Shown one piece after another: positions 9,366-24,000 of a DNA stretch of 64,000 bases. Position 1 is the first letter of the stretch, and each line of letters starts with the position of its first letter. The position numbers were made by a program, and so were the translations under genes. This DNA comes from Azolla caroliniana (lineage: Eukaryota > Plantae > Polypodiophyta). The notes beneath the pieces were generated by a model. The model worked only from the letters and a program-made list of their open reading frames with translations. It was not told the origin of the DNA and searched no databases. Location of the stretch: the NCBI GenBank assembly GCA_043228905.1, contig JBHGNT010000052.1, forward strand, positions 113,935-177,934. Direction: 5' to 3'.

Positions 9366-12300
9366 TTAGCAAATTTGAGGAGTGAGTGGAGGAGAGCTCG
9401 TAAGTAAATTTAAATGTTCATATCTGGGTCGTGTGATATCGGATTTCTGTGTTCAAACATGCGAATCGAAGCTAACAATGCTAGCTTTGATATGGAATTA
9501 AAAAAACATGATTTGAAACTCAGGTCGAGAGACATGACGGCATTAGCATATTTGATTAGCATATTTGAGGAGGGAGTGGAGAAGAGTTCTTGAGTAAATT
9601 AAAATGTTCATACCTGGGTCGTGTGATATCGGATTTCTGTGTTCAAACATGCGAATCGAAGCTAACAACGCTAGCTATAATATAGAATTAAAAATCCAAG
9701 ATTTTGAAACTCCGGTCGAGAGACATGACGACATTAGCATATTTGAGGAGGGAGTGGAGCTCAGGTCGTGTGATATCAGATTTCTGTGTTCAAACATGTG
9801 AATCGAAGCTAACAACGCTAGCTATGATATAGAATTAAAAAATCAATATTTTGAAATTCAGGTCGAGAGACATGAAAAGATTAGCAAATTTGCGGAGGTC
9901 GTTGAGAAGAGCGCGGGAGTAAATTAAAATGTTCATACCTGGCTCTTGTGATATCGGATTTCCTTGTTCAAACATGCGAATCGAAGCTATCAACACTAGC
10001 TATGATATGGAATTAAAAATTCAAGATTTTGAAACGCACGTCGAGAGAAATGACGAAATTAGCAAATTTGAGGAGGGAGTGGAGAAGACCGCAGGAGTAA
10101 ATTATAATTTTCATACCTGGATCGTGTAATATCGGACTTCTGTGTTCAAGAATGCGAATCAAAGCTAATAACGCTAGCTATGATATAGAATTAAAAAATC
10201 AAGATTTTGAAATTCAGGTCGAGAGACATGAGAAAATTAGCAAATTTGAGGAGGTCGTTGAGAAGAGCGCGGGAGTAAATTAAAACGTTCATACCTGGCT
10301 CTTGTGATATCGGATATCTGTGTTCAAACATGCGAATCAAAGCTAACAACACTAGCTATGATATGGAATTAAAAATTCAACATTTTGAAACGCACGTCGA
10401 GAGAAATGACGAAATTAGCAAATTTGAGGAGGGAGTGGAGAAGACCGCAGGAGTAAATTATAATTTTCATACCTGGATCGTGTAATATCGGACTTCTGTG
10501 TTCAAGAATGCGAATCAAAGCTAATAACGCTAGCTATGATATAGAATTAAAAAATTAAGATTTTGAAATTCAGGTCGAGAGACATGAGAAAATTAGCAAA
10601 TTTGAGGAGGTCGTTGAGAAGAGCGCGGGAGTAAATTGAAATGTTCATACCTGGCTCTTGTGATATCGGATATCTGTGTTCAAACATGCGAATCGAAGCT
10701 AACAACACTAGCTATGATATGGAATTAAAAATTCAAGATTTTGAAACGAACGTCGAGAGAAATGACGAAATTAGCAAATTTGAGGAGGGAGTGGAGAAGA
10801 GCGCAGGAGTAAATTATAATTTTCATACCTGGATCGTGTAATATCGGACTTCTGTGTTCAAGAATGCGAATCGAAGCTAAGAACGCTAGCTATGATATAG
10901 AATTAAAAAATCAAGATTTTGAAATTCAGGTCGAGAGACATCAGAAAATTAGCAAATTTAAGGAGGTCGTTGAGAAGAACACGGGAGTAAATTAAAATGT
11001 TCATACCTGGCTCTTGTGATATCGGATATCTGTGTTCAAACATGCGAATCGAAGCTAACAACACTAGCTATGATATGGAATTAAAAATTCAAGATTTTGA
11101 AACGGACGTCGAGAGAAATGACGAAATTAGCAAATTTGAGGAGGGAGTGGAGAAGAGCGCAGGAGTAAATTATAATGTTCATACCTGGATCGTGTGATAT
11201 CGTATTTCTGTGTTCAAACATGCGAATCGAAGCTAACAACGCTAGCTATGATATAGAATTAAAAAATCAATATTTTGAAATTCAGGTCGAGAGACATGAA
11301 AAGATTAGCAAATTTGCGGAGGTCGTTGAGAAGAGCTGTTGAGTAAATTGAAATGTTCATACCTGGCTCTTGTGATATCGGATATCTGTGTTCAAACATG
11401 CGAATCAAAGCTAACAACACTAGCTATGATATGGAATTAAAAATTCAAGATTTTGAAACGAACGTCGAGAGAAATGACGAAATTAGCAAATTTGAGGAGG
11501 GAGTGGAGAAGAGCGCAGGAGTAAATTATAATTTTCATACCTGGATCGTGTAATATCGGACTTCTGTGTTCAAGAATGCGAATCGAAGCTAAGAACGCTA
11601 GCTATGATATAGAATTAAAAAATCAAGATTTTGAAATTCAGGTCGAGAGACATCAGAAAATTAGCAAATTTAAGGAGGTCGTTGAGAAGAACACGGGAGT
11701 AAATTAAAATGTTCATACCTGGCTCTTGTGATATCGGATATCTGTGTTCAAACATGCGAATCGAAGCTAACAACACTAGCTATGATATGGAATTAAAAAT
11801 TCAAGATTTTGAAACGGACGTCGAGAGACATGAAAAGATTAGCAAATTTGCGGAGGTCGTTGAGAAGAGCGCGGGACTAAATTAAAATGTTCATACCTGG
11901 CTCTTGTGATATCAGATATCTGTGTTTAAACATGCGAATCGAAGCTAACAACACTAGCTATGATATGAAATTGAAAAACCAAGACTTTGAAACTGCGGTC
12001 GAGAGACATGACGAAATTAGCAAATTTGAGGAGTAAGTGGAGAAGAGCTTGTGAGTAAATTAAAATGTTCATATCTGCATCGTGTGATATCAGATTTCTG
12101 TGTTCAAACATGCGAATCGAAGCTAACAACGCTAGCTTTGATATGGAATTAAAAAACCAAGATTTTGAAACTCAGGTCGAGAGACATGACAATATTAGAA
12201 AATTTGAGGATGGAGTGGAGAAGAGCTCGTGAGTAAATTAAAATGTTCATAGCTGGCTCGTGTGATATCGGATTTCTGTGTTCAACCATCAGAATCGAAG

Positions 12301-15296
12301 CTAACAACACCAGCTTTCATATGGAATTAGAAATTCAAGATTTTGAAACTGAGGTCGAGAGACATGACGATATTAGCAAATTTGAGGAGGGAGTGGAGAA
12401 GAGCTGTTGAGTAAATTAAAATGTTTATATCTGGGTCGTGTGATATCGGATTTCTATGTTCAAACATGCGAATCGAAGCTAACAACGCTAGCTTAGATAT
12501 GGAATTAAAAATCCAAGATTTTGAAAATCAGGTCGAGAGACATGACGAAATTAGCAAATTTGAGGAGGGAGTGGAGAAGAGCGCGGGAGTAAATTAAAAT
12601 GGTCATACCTTGACAAGGGAGTTGAGAGGAGCCCTTGAGTAAATTAAAATGTTCATACCTGGGTCGTGTTACATCGGATTTCTATGTTCAAACATGCGAA
12701 ACGAAGCTAATAACGCTAGCTTTGATATGGAATAAAAAAACCAAGATTTGGAAAATCAGGTCGAGAGTCATGACGAAATTACCAAATGTGAGGAGTGAGT
12801 TGGGAAGAGCTAGTAGGTAAATTAAAATGTTCATACCTGGGTCGTGTGATATCGGATTTCTTTGTTCAAACATGCGAATCGTAGCTAACAAAACTAGCTT
12901 TGATATGGAAATAGAAAACCATGATTTGGAAAATCAGGTCGAGAGACATGACGAAATTAGCAAATTTGAGGAGGGAGTGGAGTAAATTAAAATATTCATA
13001 CCTGGCTCTTGTGATATTGGATATCTGTGTTCAAACATGCGAATCGAAGCTAAAACCACTAGCTATGATATGAAATTAGAAAACCAAGATTTTGAAAATC
13101 AGGTCGAGAGACATGACGACATTAGCATATTTGAGGAGGGAGTGGAGAGGAGCTCGTGAGTAAATTAAAATGTTCATACCTGGGTCATCTAATATTGGAT
13201 TTTTGTGTTCCAACATGCGAATCGAAGCTTACAATGCTAGATATCATATAGAATTAAAAATCCAAGATTTTGAGAATTAGGTCGAGAGACATGACGACAT
13301 TAGCATATTTGAGGAGGGAGTGGAGAAGAGCTCATGAGTAAATTAAAATTTTTATACCTAGGTCGTGTGATATCGGATATCTGTGTTCAAACATGCGAAT
13401 CGAAGCTAACAACACTAGCTATGATATGGAATTAAAAATTCAAGATTTTGAAACGAACGTCGAGAGAAATGACGAAATTAGCAAATTTGAGGAGGGAGTG
13501 GAGAAGAGCGCGGGAGTAAATTAAAATATTCATACCTGGGTCGTGTGATATCGGATTTCTGTGTTCAAACATGCGAATCGAAGCTAACAACGGTAGCTAT
13601 GATATGGAATTAAAAAATCAAGATTTTGAAACTCAGGTCGAGAGACATGACGATATTACCAAATTTGAGGAGTGACTTGGGAAGAGCTAGTAGGTAAATT
13701 AAAATGTTCATACCTTGAGAAGGGAGTTGAGAGGAGCCCTTGAGTAAATTAAAATGTTCATACCGGGGTCGTATGATATCGGATTTTAGTGTTCAAACAT
13801 GCGAGTCGAAGCTAACAACTCTAGCTATGATATGGAATTAAGAAATTAAGATTTTGAAACTCAGGTCGAGAGACATGACGAAATTAGCAACGTTGACGAG
13901 GGAGTTGAAAGGAGCCTTTGAGTAAATTAAAATGTTCATACCCGGCTCGTGTGATATCGGATGTTTGTGTTCAAACATGCGAATCGAAGCTAACAACGGT
14001 AGCTATGAAATGGAATTAAAAAACCAAGATGTTGAAACTCAGGTCGAGAGACATGACTAAATTACCAAATTTGAGGAGTGAGTTGGGAAGAGCTAGTAGG
14101 TAAATTAAAATGTTTATACCTGGCTCGTGTGATATCGGATTTCTGTGTTCAAACATGCGAATCGAAACTAACAATGCTAGCTATGATATGGAATTAAAAA
14201 CTCAAGATTTTGAAACTCAGATCGAGAGACATGAGGAAATTAGCAAATTTGAGGAGTGAGTTGAGAAGAGCTAGTAGGTAAATTAAAATGTTCGTACCTG
14301 CCTCGTGTGATATCGGATTTCTGTGTTCAAATATGCGAATCGAAGTTAACAACGCAAGCTATGATATGGAATTAAAAAATCTAGATTTTGAAACTCAGGT
14401 CAAAAGACATGACGAAAATAGCAAACTTGAGGAGGGAGTTCAGAGGAGCCCTTGAGTAAATTGAAATGTTCATACCTGGCTCGAGAGACATGACGAAACA
14501 TGCGAATCGAAGCTAACAATGCTAGCTATAATATGGAATTAAAAAATCAAGATTCTGAAACTAAGGTCGAGAGACATGACGAAATTAGCAACATTGACGA
14601 GGGAGTTGAGAGGAGCCCTTGAGTAAATTAAAATGTTCATACCTGGCTTCTCTGATATCGGATTTTTGTGTTCAAACATACGAATCGAAGCTAATAACGC
14701 TAGCTATTATATGGAATTAAAAACTCAAGATTTTAAAACTCAGGTCGAGAGACATGACGAAATTAGCAAATCTGAGGAGTGAGTTGAGAAGAGCTAGTAG
14801 GTATATTAAAATGTTTATACCTGGCTCGTGTGATGTCGGATTTTTGTGTTCAAACATGCGAATCGAAGCTAACAACGCTAGCTATGATATGGAATTAAAA
14901 AACCAAGATTCCGAAACTCAGGACGAGAGACATGACGACATTAGCATATTTGAGGAGGGAGTGGAGAAGAGCTGTTGAGTAAATTAAACTGTTCATATCT
15001 GGGTCGTGTGATATCGGATTTCTGTGTTCAAAGATGCGAATCGAAGCTAACAACGCTAGCTTTGATATGAAATGAAAAAAGTAGGATTTTGAAACTCACG
15101 TCGAGAGACATGACGAAATTAGCAAATTTGAGGAGGGAGTGCAGAAGAGCTCGTCAGTAAATTAGAATGTTCATACCTGGGTCGTGTGATATTGGATTTC
15201 TATGTTCAAACATGCGAATCGAAGCCAACAACGCTAGCTTTGATATGGAATTAAGAAACCAAGATTTTGAAACTCAGGTCAAGAGAAATGACGATA
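9366..15296 (+). repeat. 5931-bp tandem segmental duplication within the satellite, copy 1
   Basis: Identical or near-identical ORF-track peptides recur at a constant offset of 5931 (9604/15535, 9929/15860, 10641/16572, 10997/16928, 11353/17284, 11926/17857, 12635/18566, 14754/20685). Private indel variants are shared. Confidence 0.93.
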
Positions 15297-18200
15297 TTAG
15301 CAAATTTGAGGAGTGAGTGGAGGAGAGCTCGTAAGTAAATTAAAATGTTCATATCTGGGTCGTGTGATATCGGATTTCTGTGTTCAAACATGCGAATCGA
15401 AGCTAACAACGCTAGCTTTGATATGGAATTAAAAAAACATGATTTGAAACTCAGGTCGAGAGACATGACGGCATTAGCATATTTGATTAGCATATTTGAG
15501 GAGGGAGTGGAGAAGAGTTCTTGAGTAAATTAAAATGTTCATACCTGGGTCGTGTGATATCGGATTTCTGTGTTCAAACATGCGAATCGAAGCTAACAAC
15601 GCTAGCTATAATATAGAATTAAAAATCCAAGATTTTGAAACTCCGGTCGAGAGACATGACGACATTAGCATATTTGAGGAGGGAGTGGAGCTCAGGTCGT
15701 GTGATATCAGATTTCTGTGTTCAAACATGTGAATCGAAGCTAACAACGCTAGCTATGATATAGAATTAAAAAATCAATATTTTGAAATTCAGGTCGAGAG
15801 ACATGAAAAGATTAGCAAATTTGCGGAGGTCGTTGAGAAGAGCGCGGGAGTAAATTAAAATGTTCATACCTGGCTCTTGTGATATCGGATTTCCTTGTTC
15901 AAACATGCGAATCGAAGCTATCAACACTAGCTATGATATGGAATTAAAAATTCAAGATTTTGAAACGCACGTCGAGAGAAATGACGAAATTAGCAAATTT
16001 GAGGAGGGAGTGGAGAAGACCGCAGGAGTAAATTATAATTTTCATACCTGGATCGTGTAATATCGGACTTCTGTGTTCAAGAATGCGAATCAAAGCTAAT
16101 AACGCTAGCTATGATATAGAATTAAAAAATCAAGATTTTGAAATTCAGGTCGAGAGACATGAGAAAATTAGCAAATTTGAGGAGGTCGTTGAGAAGAGCG
16201 CGGGAGTAAATTAAAACGTTCATACCTGGCTCTTGTGATATCGGATATCTGTGTTCAAACATGCGAATCAAAGCTAACAACACTAGCTATGATATGGAAT
16301 TAAAAATTCAACATTTTGAAACGCACGTCGAGAGAAATGACGAAATTAGCAAATTTGAGGAGGGAGTGGAGAAGACCGCAGGAGTAAATTATAATTTTCA
16401 TACCTGGATCGTGTAATATCGGACTTCTGTGTTCAAGAATGCGAATCAAAGCTAATAACGCTAGCTATGATATAGAATTAAAAAATTAAGATTTTGAAAT
16501 TCAGGTCGAGAGACATGAGAAAATTAGCAAATTTGAGGAGGTCGTTGAGAAGAGCGCGGGAGTAAATTGAAATGTTCATACCTGGCTCTTGTGATATCGG
16601 ATATCTGTGTTCAAACATGCGAATCGAAGCTAACAACACTAGCTATGATATGGAATTAAAAATTCAAGATTTTGAAACGAACGTCGAGAGAAATGACGAA
16701 ATTAGCAAATTTGAGGAGGGAGTGGAGAAGAGCGCAGGAGTAAATTATAATTTTCATACCTGGATCGTGTAATATCGGACTTCTGTGTTCAAGAATGCGA
16801 ATCGAAGCTAAGAACGCTAGCTATGATATAGAATTAAAAAATCAAGATTTTGAAATTCAGGTCGAGAGACATCAGAAAATTAGCAAATTTAAGGAGGTCG
16901 TTGAGAAGAACACGGGAGTAAATTAAAATGTTCATACCTGGCTCTTGTGATATCGGATATCTGTGTTCAAACATGCGAATCGAAGCTAACAACACTAGCT
17001 ATGATATGGAATTAAAAATTCAAGATTTTGAAACGGACGTCGAGAGAAATGACGAAATTAGCAAATTTGAGGAGGGAGTGGAGAAGAGCGCAGGAGTAAA
17101 TTATAATGTTCATACCTGGATCGTGTGATATCGTATTTCTGTGTTCAAACATGCGAATCGAAGCTAACAACGCTAGCTATGATATAGAATTAAAAAATCA
17201 ATATTTTGAAATTCAGGTCGAGAGACATGAAAAGATTAGCAAATTTGCGGAGGTCGTTGAGAAGAGCTGTTGAGTAAATTGAAATGTTCATACCTGGCTC
17301 TTGTGATATCGGATATCTGTGTTCAAACATGCGAATCAAAGCTAACAACACTAGCTATGATATGGAATTAAAAATTCAAGATTTTGAAACGAACGTCGAG
17401 AGAAATGACGAAATTAGCAAATTTGAGGAGGGAGTGGAGAAGAGCGCAGGAGTAAATTATAATTTTCATACCTGGATCGTGTAATATCGGACTTCTGTGT
17501 TCAAGAATGCGAATCGAAGCTAAGAATGCTAGCTATGATATAGAATTAAAAAATCAAGATTTTGAAATTCAGGTCGAGAGACATCAGAAAATTAGCAAAT
17601 TTAAGGAGGTCGTTGAGAAGAACACGGGAGTAAATTATAATGTTCATACCTGAATCGTGTGATATCGTATTTCTGTGTTCAAACATGCGAATCGAAGCTA
17701 ACAACGCTAGCTATGATATAGAATTAAAAAATCAATATTTTGAAATTCAGGTCGAGAGACATGAAAAGATTAGCAAATTTGCGGAGGTCGTTGAGAAGAG
17801 CGCGGGACTAAATTAAAATGTTCATACCTGGCTCTTGTGATATCAGATATCTGTGTTTAAACATGCGAATCGAAGCTAACAACACTAGCTATGATATGAA
17901 ATTGAAAAACCAAGACTTTGAAACTGCGGTCGAGAGACATGACGAAATTAGCAAATTTGAGGAGTAAGTGGAGAAGAGCTTGTGAGTAAATTAAAATGTT
18001 CATATCTGCATCGTGTGATATCAGATTTCTGTGTTCAAACATGCGAATCGAAGCTACCAACGCTAGCTTTGATATGGAATTAAAAAACCAAGATTTTGAA
18101 ACTCAGGTCGAGAGACATGACAATATTAGAAAATTTGAGGATGGAGTGGAGAAGAGCTCGTGAGTAAATTAAAATGTTCATAGCTGGCTCGTGTGATATC

Positions 18201-21093
18201 GGATTTCTGTGTTCAACCATCAGAATCGAAGCTAACAACACCAGCTTTCATATGGAATTAGAAATTCAAGATTTTGAAACTGAGGTCGAGAGACATGACG
18301 ATATTAGCAAATTTGAGGAGGGAGTGGAGAAGAGCTGTTGAGTAAATTAAAATGTTTATATCTGGGTCGTGTGATATCGGATTTCTAGGTTCAAACATGC
18401 GAATCGAAGCTAACAACGCTAGCTTAGATATGGAATTAAAAATCCAAGATTTTGAAAATCAGGTCGAGAGACATGACGAAATTAGCAAATTTGAGGAGGG
18501 AGTGGAGAAGAGCGCGGGAGTAAATTAAAATGGTCATACCTTGACAAGGGAGTTGAGAGGAGCCCTTGAGTAAATTAAAATGTTCATACCTGGGTCGTGT
18601 TACATCGGATTTCTATGTTCAAACATGCGAAACGAAGCTAATAACGCTAGCTTTGATATGGAATAAAAAAACCAAGATTTGGAAAATCAGGTCGAGAGTC
18701 ATGACGAAATTACCAAATGTGAGGAGTGAGTTGGGAAGAGCTAGTAGGTAAATTAAAATGTTCATACCTGGGTCGTGTGATATCGGATTTCTTTGTTCAA
18801 ACATGCGAATCGTAGCTAACAAAACTAGCTTTGATATGGAAATAGAAAACCATGATTTGGAAAATAAGGTCGAGAGACATGACGAAATTAGCAAATTTGA
18901 GGAGGGAGTGGAGTAAATTAAAATATTCATACCTGGCTCTTGTGATATTGGATATCTGTGTTCAAACATGCGAATCGAAGCTAAAACCACTAGCTATGAT
19001 ATGAAATTAGAAAACCAAGATTTTGAAAATCAGGTCGAGAGACATGACGACATTAGCATATTTGAGGAGGGAGTGGAGAGGAGCTCGTGAGTAAATTAAA
19101 ATGTTCATACCTGGGTCATCTAATATTGGATTTTTGTGTTCCAACATGCGAATCGAAGCTTACAATGCTAGATATCATATAGAATTAAAAATCCAAGATT
19201 TTGAGAATTAGGTCAAGAGACATGACGACATTAGCATATTTGAGGAGGGAGTGGAGAAGAGCTCATGAGTAAATTAAAATTTTTATACCTAGGTCGTGTG
19301 ATATCGGATATCTGTGTTCAAACATGCGAATCGAAGCTAACAACACTAGCTATGATATGGAATTAAAAATTCAAGATTTTGAAACGAACGTCGAGAGAAA
19401 TGACGAAATTAGCAAATTTGAGGAGGGAGTGGAGAAGAGCGCGGGAGTAAATTAAAATATTCATACCTGGGTCGTGTGATATCGGATTTCTGTGTTCAAA
19501 CATGCGAATCGAAGCTAACAACAGTAGCTATGATATGGAATTAAAAAATCAAGATTTTGAAACTCAGGTCGAGAGACATGACGATATTACCAAATTTGAG
19601 GAGTGACTTGGGAAGAGCTAGTAGGTAAATTAAAATGTTCATACCTTGAGAAGGGAGTTGAGAGGAGCCCTTGAGTAAATTAAAATGTTCATACCGGGGT
19701 CGTATGATATCGGATTTTAGTGTTCAAACATGCGAGTCGAAGCTAACAACTCTAGCTATGATATGGAATTAAGAAATTAAGATTTTGAAACTCAGGTCGA
19801 GAGACATGACGAAATTAGCAACGTTGACGAGGGAGTTGAAAGGAGCCTTTGAGTAAATTAAAATGTTCATACCCGGCTCGTGTGATATCGGATGTTTGTG
19901 TTCAAACATGCGAATCGAAGCTAACAACGGTAGCTATGAAATGGAATTAAAAAACCAAGATGTTGAAACTCAGGTCGAGAGACATGACTAAATTACCAAA
20001 TTTGAGGAGTGAGTTGGGAAGAGCTAGTAGGTAAATTAAAATGTTTATACCTGGCTCGTGTGATATCGGATTTCTGTGTTCAAACATGCGAATCGAAACT
20101 AACAATGCTAGCTATGATATGGAATTAAAAACTCAAGATTTTGAAACTCAGATCGAGAGACATGAGGAAATTAGCAAATTTGAGGAGTGAGTTGAGAAGA
20201 GCTAGTAGGTAAATTAAAATGTTCGTACCTGCCTCGTGTGATATCGAATTTCTGTGTTCAAATATGCGAATCGAAGCTAACAACGCAAGCTATGATATGG
20301 AATTAAAAAATCTAGATTTTGAAACTCAGGTCAAAAGACATGACGAAAATAGCAAACTTGAGGAGGGAGTTCAGAGGAGCCCTTGAGTAAATTGAAATGT
20401 TCATACCTGGCTCGAGAGACATGACGAAACATGCGAATCGAAGCTAACAATGCTAGCTATAATATGGAATTAAAAAATCAAGATTCTGAAACTAAGGTCG
20501 AGAGACATGACGAAATTAGCAACATTGACGAGGGAGTTGAGAGGAGCCCTTGAGTAAATTAAAATGTTCATACCTGGCTTCTCTGATATCGGATTTTTGT
20601 GTTCAAACATACGAATCGAAGCTAATAACGCTAGCTATTATATGGAATTAAAAACTCAAGATTTTAAAACTCAGGTCGAGAGACATGACGAAATTAGCAA
20701 ATCTGAGGAGTGAGTTGAGAAGAGCTAGTAGGTATATTAAAATGTTTATACCTGGCTCGTGTGATGTCGGATTTTTGTGTTCAAACATGCGAATCGAAGC
20801 TAACAACGCTAGCTATGATATGGAATTAAAAAACCAAGATTCCGAAACTCAGGACGAGAGACATGACGACATTAGCATATTTGAGGAGGGAGTGGAGAAG
20901 AGCTGTTGAGTAAATTAAACTGTTCATATCTGGGTCGTGTGATATCGGATTTCTGTGTTCAAAGATGCGAATCGAAGCTAACAACGCTAGCTTTGATATG
21001 AAATGAAAAAAGTAGGATTTTGAAACTCACGTCGAGAGACATGACGAAATTAGCAAATTTGAGGAGGGAGTGCAGAAGAGCTCGTCAGTAAAT
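15297..21093 (+). repeat. 5931-bp tandem segmental duplication within the satellite, copy 2
   Basis: Colinear with 9366-15162 at offset 5931. Colinearity breaks at a scrambled junction at 21094, and the last monomer type resumes at ~21195-21320. Confidence 0.92.
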
Positions 21094-24000
21094 CAAATTT
21101 GAGGAGTGAGTTCAGGACGAGAGACATGACGACATTAGCATATTTGAGGAGGGAGTGGAGAAGAGCTGTTGAGTAAATTAAACTGTTCATATATGGGTCG
21201 TGTGATATTGGATTTCTATGTTCAAACATGCAAATCGAAGCCAACAACGCTAGCTTTGATATGGAATTAAGAAACCAAGATTTTGAAACTCAGGTCAAGA
21301 GACATGACGATATTAGCAAATTTGAGGAGGGAGTGGAGAAGAGCTCTTGAGTAAATTAAAATGTTCATACCTGGCTCGTGTGATATCGGATTTTTGCGTT
21401 CAAACGTACGAATCAAAGCTAACAACGCTAGCTATTATATGGAACTAATAAATCAAGATTTTGAAACTCAGGTCGAGAGACATGACTAAATTACCAAATT
21501 TGAGGAGTGAGTTGAGAAGAGCTAGTCGGTAAATTAAAATGTTCATACCTGGCAAGTGTGATATCGGATTTTTGTGTTCAAACATGCGAATCGAAGTTAA
21601 CAACGCTAGCTATGATATGGAATTAAAAACTCAAGATTTTGAAATACAGGTCGAGAGACATGACGAAATTAGCAAATTTGAGGAGTGAGTTCAGAAGAGC
21701 TAGTAGGTAAATTAAAATGTTCATACCTGGTTCGTGTGATATCGGATTTCTGTGTTCAAACATGCGAATCGAAGCTAACAACGCAACCTATGATATGGAA
21801 TTAAGAAATTAAGATTTTGAAACTCAGGTCGAGAGACATGTCGAAATTAGCAACCTTGACGAGGGAGTTGAAAAGAGCCCTTGAGTAAATTAAAATGTTC
21901 ATACCTGGCTCGTGTGATATCGGATTTTTGTGTTCAAACATGCGAATCGAAGCTAACAACGGTAGCTATGATATGGAATTAAAAAAATCAAGATGTTGAA
22001 ACTCAGGTCGAGAGACATGACTAAATTACCAAATTTGAGGAGTGAGTTGAGAAGAGCTAGTCGGTAAATTAAAATGTTGATACCTGACAAGTGTGATATC
22101 GGATTTTTGTGTTCAAACATGCGAATCGAAGTTAACAACGCTAGCTATTATATGGAATTAAAAAATCAATATTCCGAAACTAAGGTCGAGAGACATGACG
22201 AAATTAGCAACATTGACGAGGGAGTTGAGAGGAGCCCTTGACTAAATTAAAATGTTCATACCTGGCTCGTGTGATATCGGATTTTTGTGTACAAACATGC
22301 GAATCGAAGTTAACAACGCTAGCTATTATATGGAATTAAAAAATCAATATTCTGAAACGAAGGTCGAGAGACATGACGAAATTAGCAACATTGACGAGGG
22401 AGTTGAGAGGAGCCCTTGAGTAAATTAAAATGTTCATACCTGGCTTCTCTGATATCGGATTTTTGTGTTCAAACATACGAATCGAAGCTAATAACGCTAG
22501 CTATTATATGGAATTAAAAACTCAAGATTTTAAAACTCAGGTCGAGAGACATGACGAAATTAGCAAATATGAGGAGTGAGTTGAGAAGAGCTAGTAGGTA
22601 TATTAAAATGTTTATACCTGGCTCGTGTGATGTCGGATTTTTGTGTTCAAACATGGTAATCGAAGCTAACAACGCTAGCTATGATATGGAATTAAAAAAC
22701 CAAGATTCCGAAACTCAGGACGAGAGACATGACGACATTAGCATATTTGAGGAGGGAGTGGAGAAGAGCTCTTGAGTAAATTAAAATGTTCATATCTAGG
22801 TCGTGTGATATCGGATTTCTGTATTCAAAGATGCGAATCGAAGCTAACAACGCTAGCTTTGATATGAAATGAAAAAAGTAGGATTTTGAAACTCACGTCG
22901 AGAGACATGACGAAATTAGCAAATTTGAGGAGGGAGTGCAGAAGAGCTCGTCAGTAAATTAAAATGTTCATACCTGGGTCGTGTGATATTGGATTTCTAT
23001 GTTCAAACATGCGAATCGAAGCCAACAACGCTAGCTTTGATATGGAATTAAGAAACCAAGATTTTGAAACTCAGGTGGAGAGACATGACGAAATGAGCAA
23101 ATTTGAGGAGGGAGTTGAGAAGAGCTAGTAGGTAAATTAAAATGTTCATACCTGGGTCGTGTGATATTGGATTTCTTTGTTCAAACATGCGAATCGAAGC
23201 TAACAACAATAGCTTTGATATGGAATTAAAAAACCAAGATTCTGAAACTCAGGACGAGAGACATGACGACATTAGCAAATTTGAGGAGGGAGTGGAGAAG
23301 AGCTCTTGAGTAAATTAAAATGTTCATACCTGGCTCATGTGATATCGGATTTTTGTGTTCAAACCTGCGAATCGAAGCTAACAACGCTAGCTATTATATG
23401 GAACTAATAAATCAAGATTTTGAAACTCAAGTCGAGAGATATGAAGAAACTAGCAAACTTGAGGTGGGAGGCGAGAGATATGACGAAATTATTAACTTTG
23501 ACGAGGGAGTTGAGAGGAACCCTTGAGTAAATTAAAATGTTCATACCTGGCTCGTGTGATATCAGATTTTTGTGTTCAAACATGCGAATCGAAGCTAACA
23601 ACGCTAGCTATGATATGGAATTAAAAACTCAAGATTTTGAAATACAGGTCGAGAGACATGACGAAATTAGCAAATTTGAGGAGTGAGTTCAGAAGAGCTA
23701 GTAGGTAAATTAAAATGTTCATACCTGGTTCGTGTGATATCGGATTTCTGTGTTCAAACATGCGAATCGAAGCTAACAACGCAACCTATGCTATGGAATT
23801 AAGAAATTAAGATTTTGAAACTCAGGTCGAGAGACATGTCGAAATTAGCAACCTTGACGAGGGAGTTGAAAAGAGCCCTTGAGTAAATTAAAATGTTCAT
23901 ACCTGGCTCATGTGATATTGGATTTTTGTGTTCAAACATGCGAATCGAAGCTAACAACGGTAGCTATGATATGGAATTAAAAAAATCAAGATGTTGAAAC

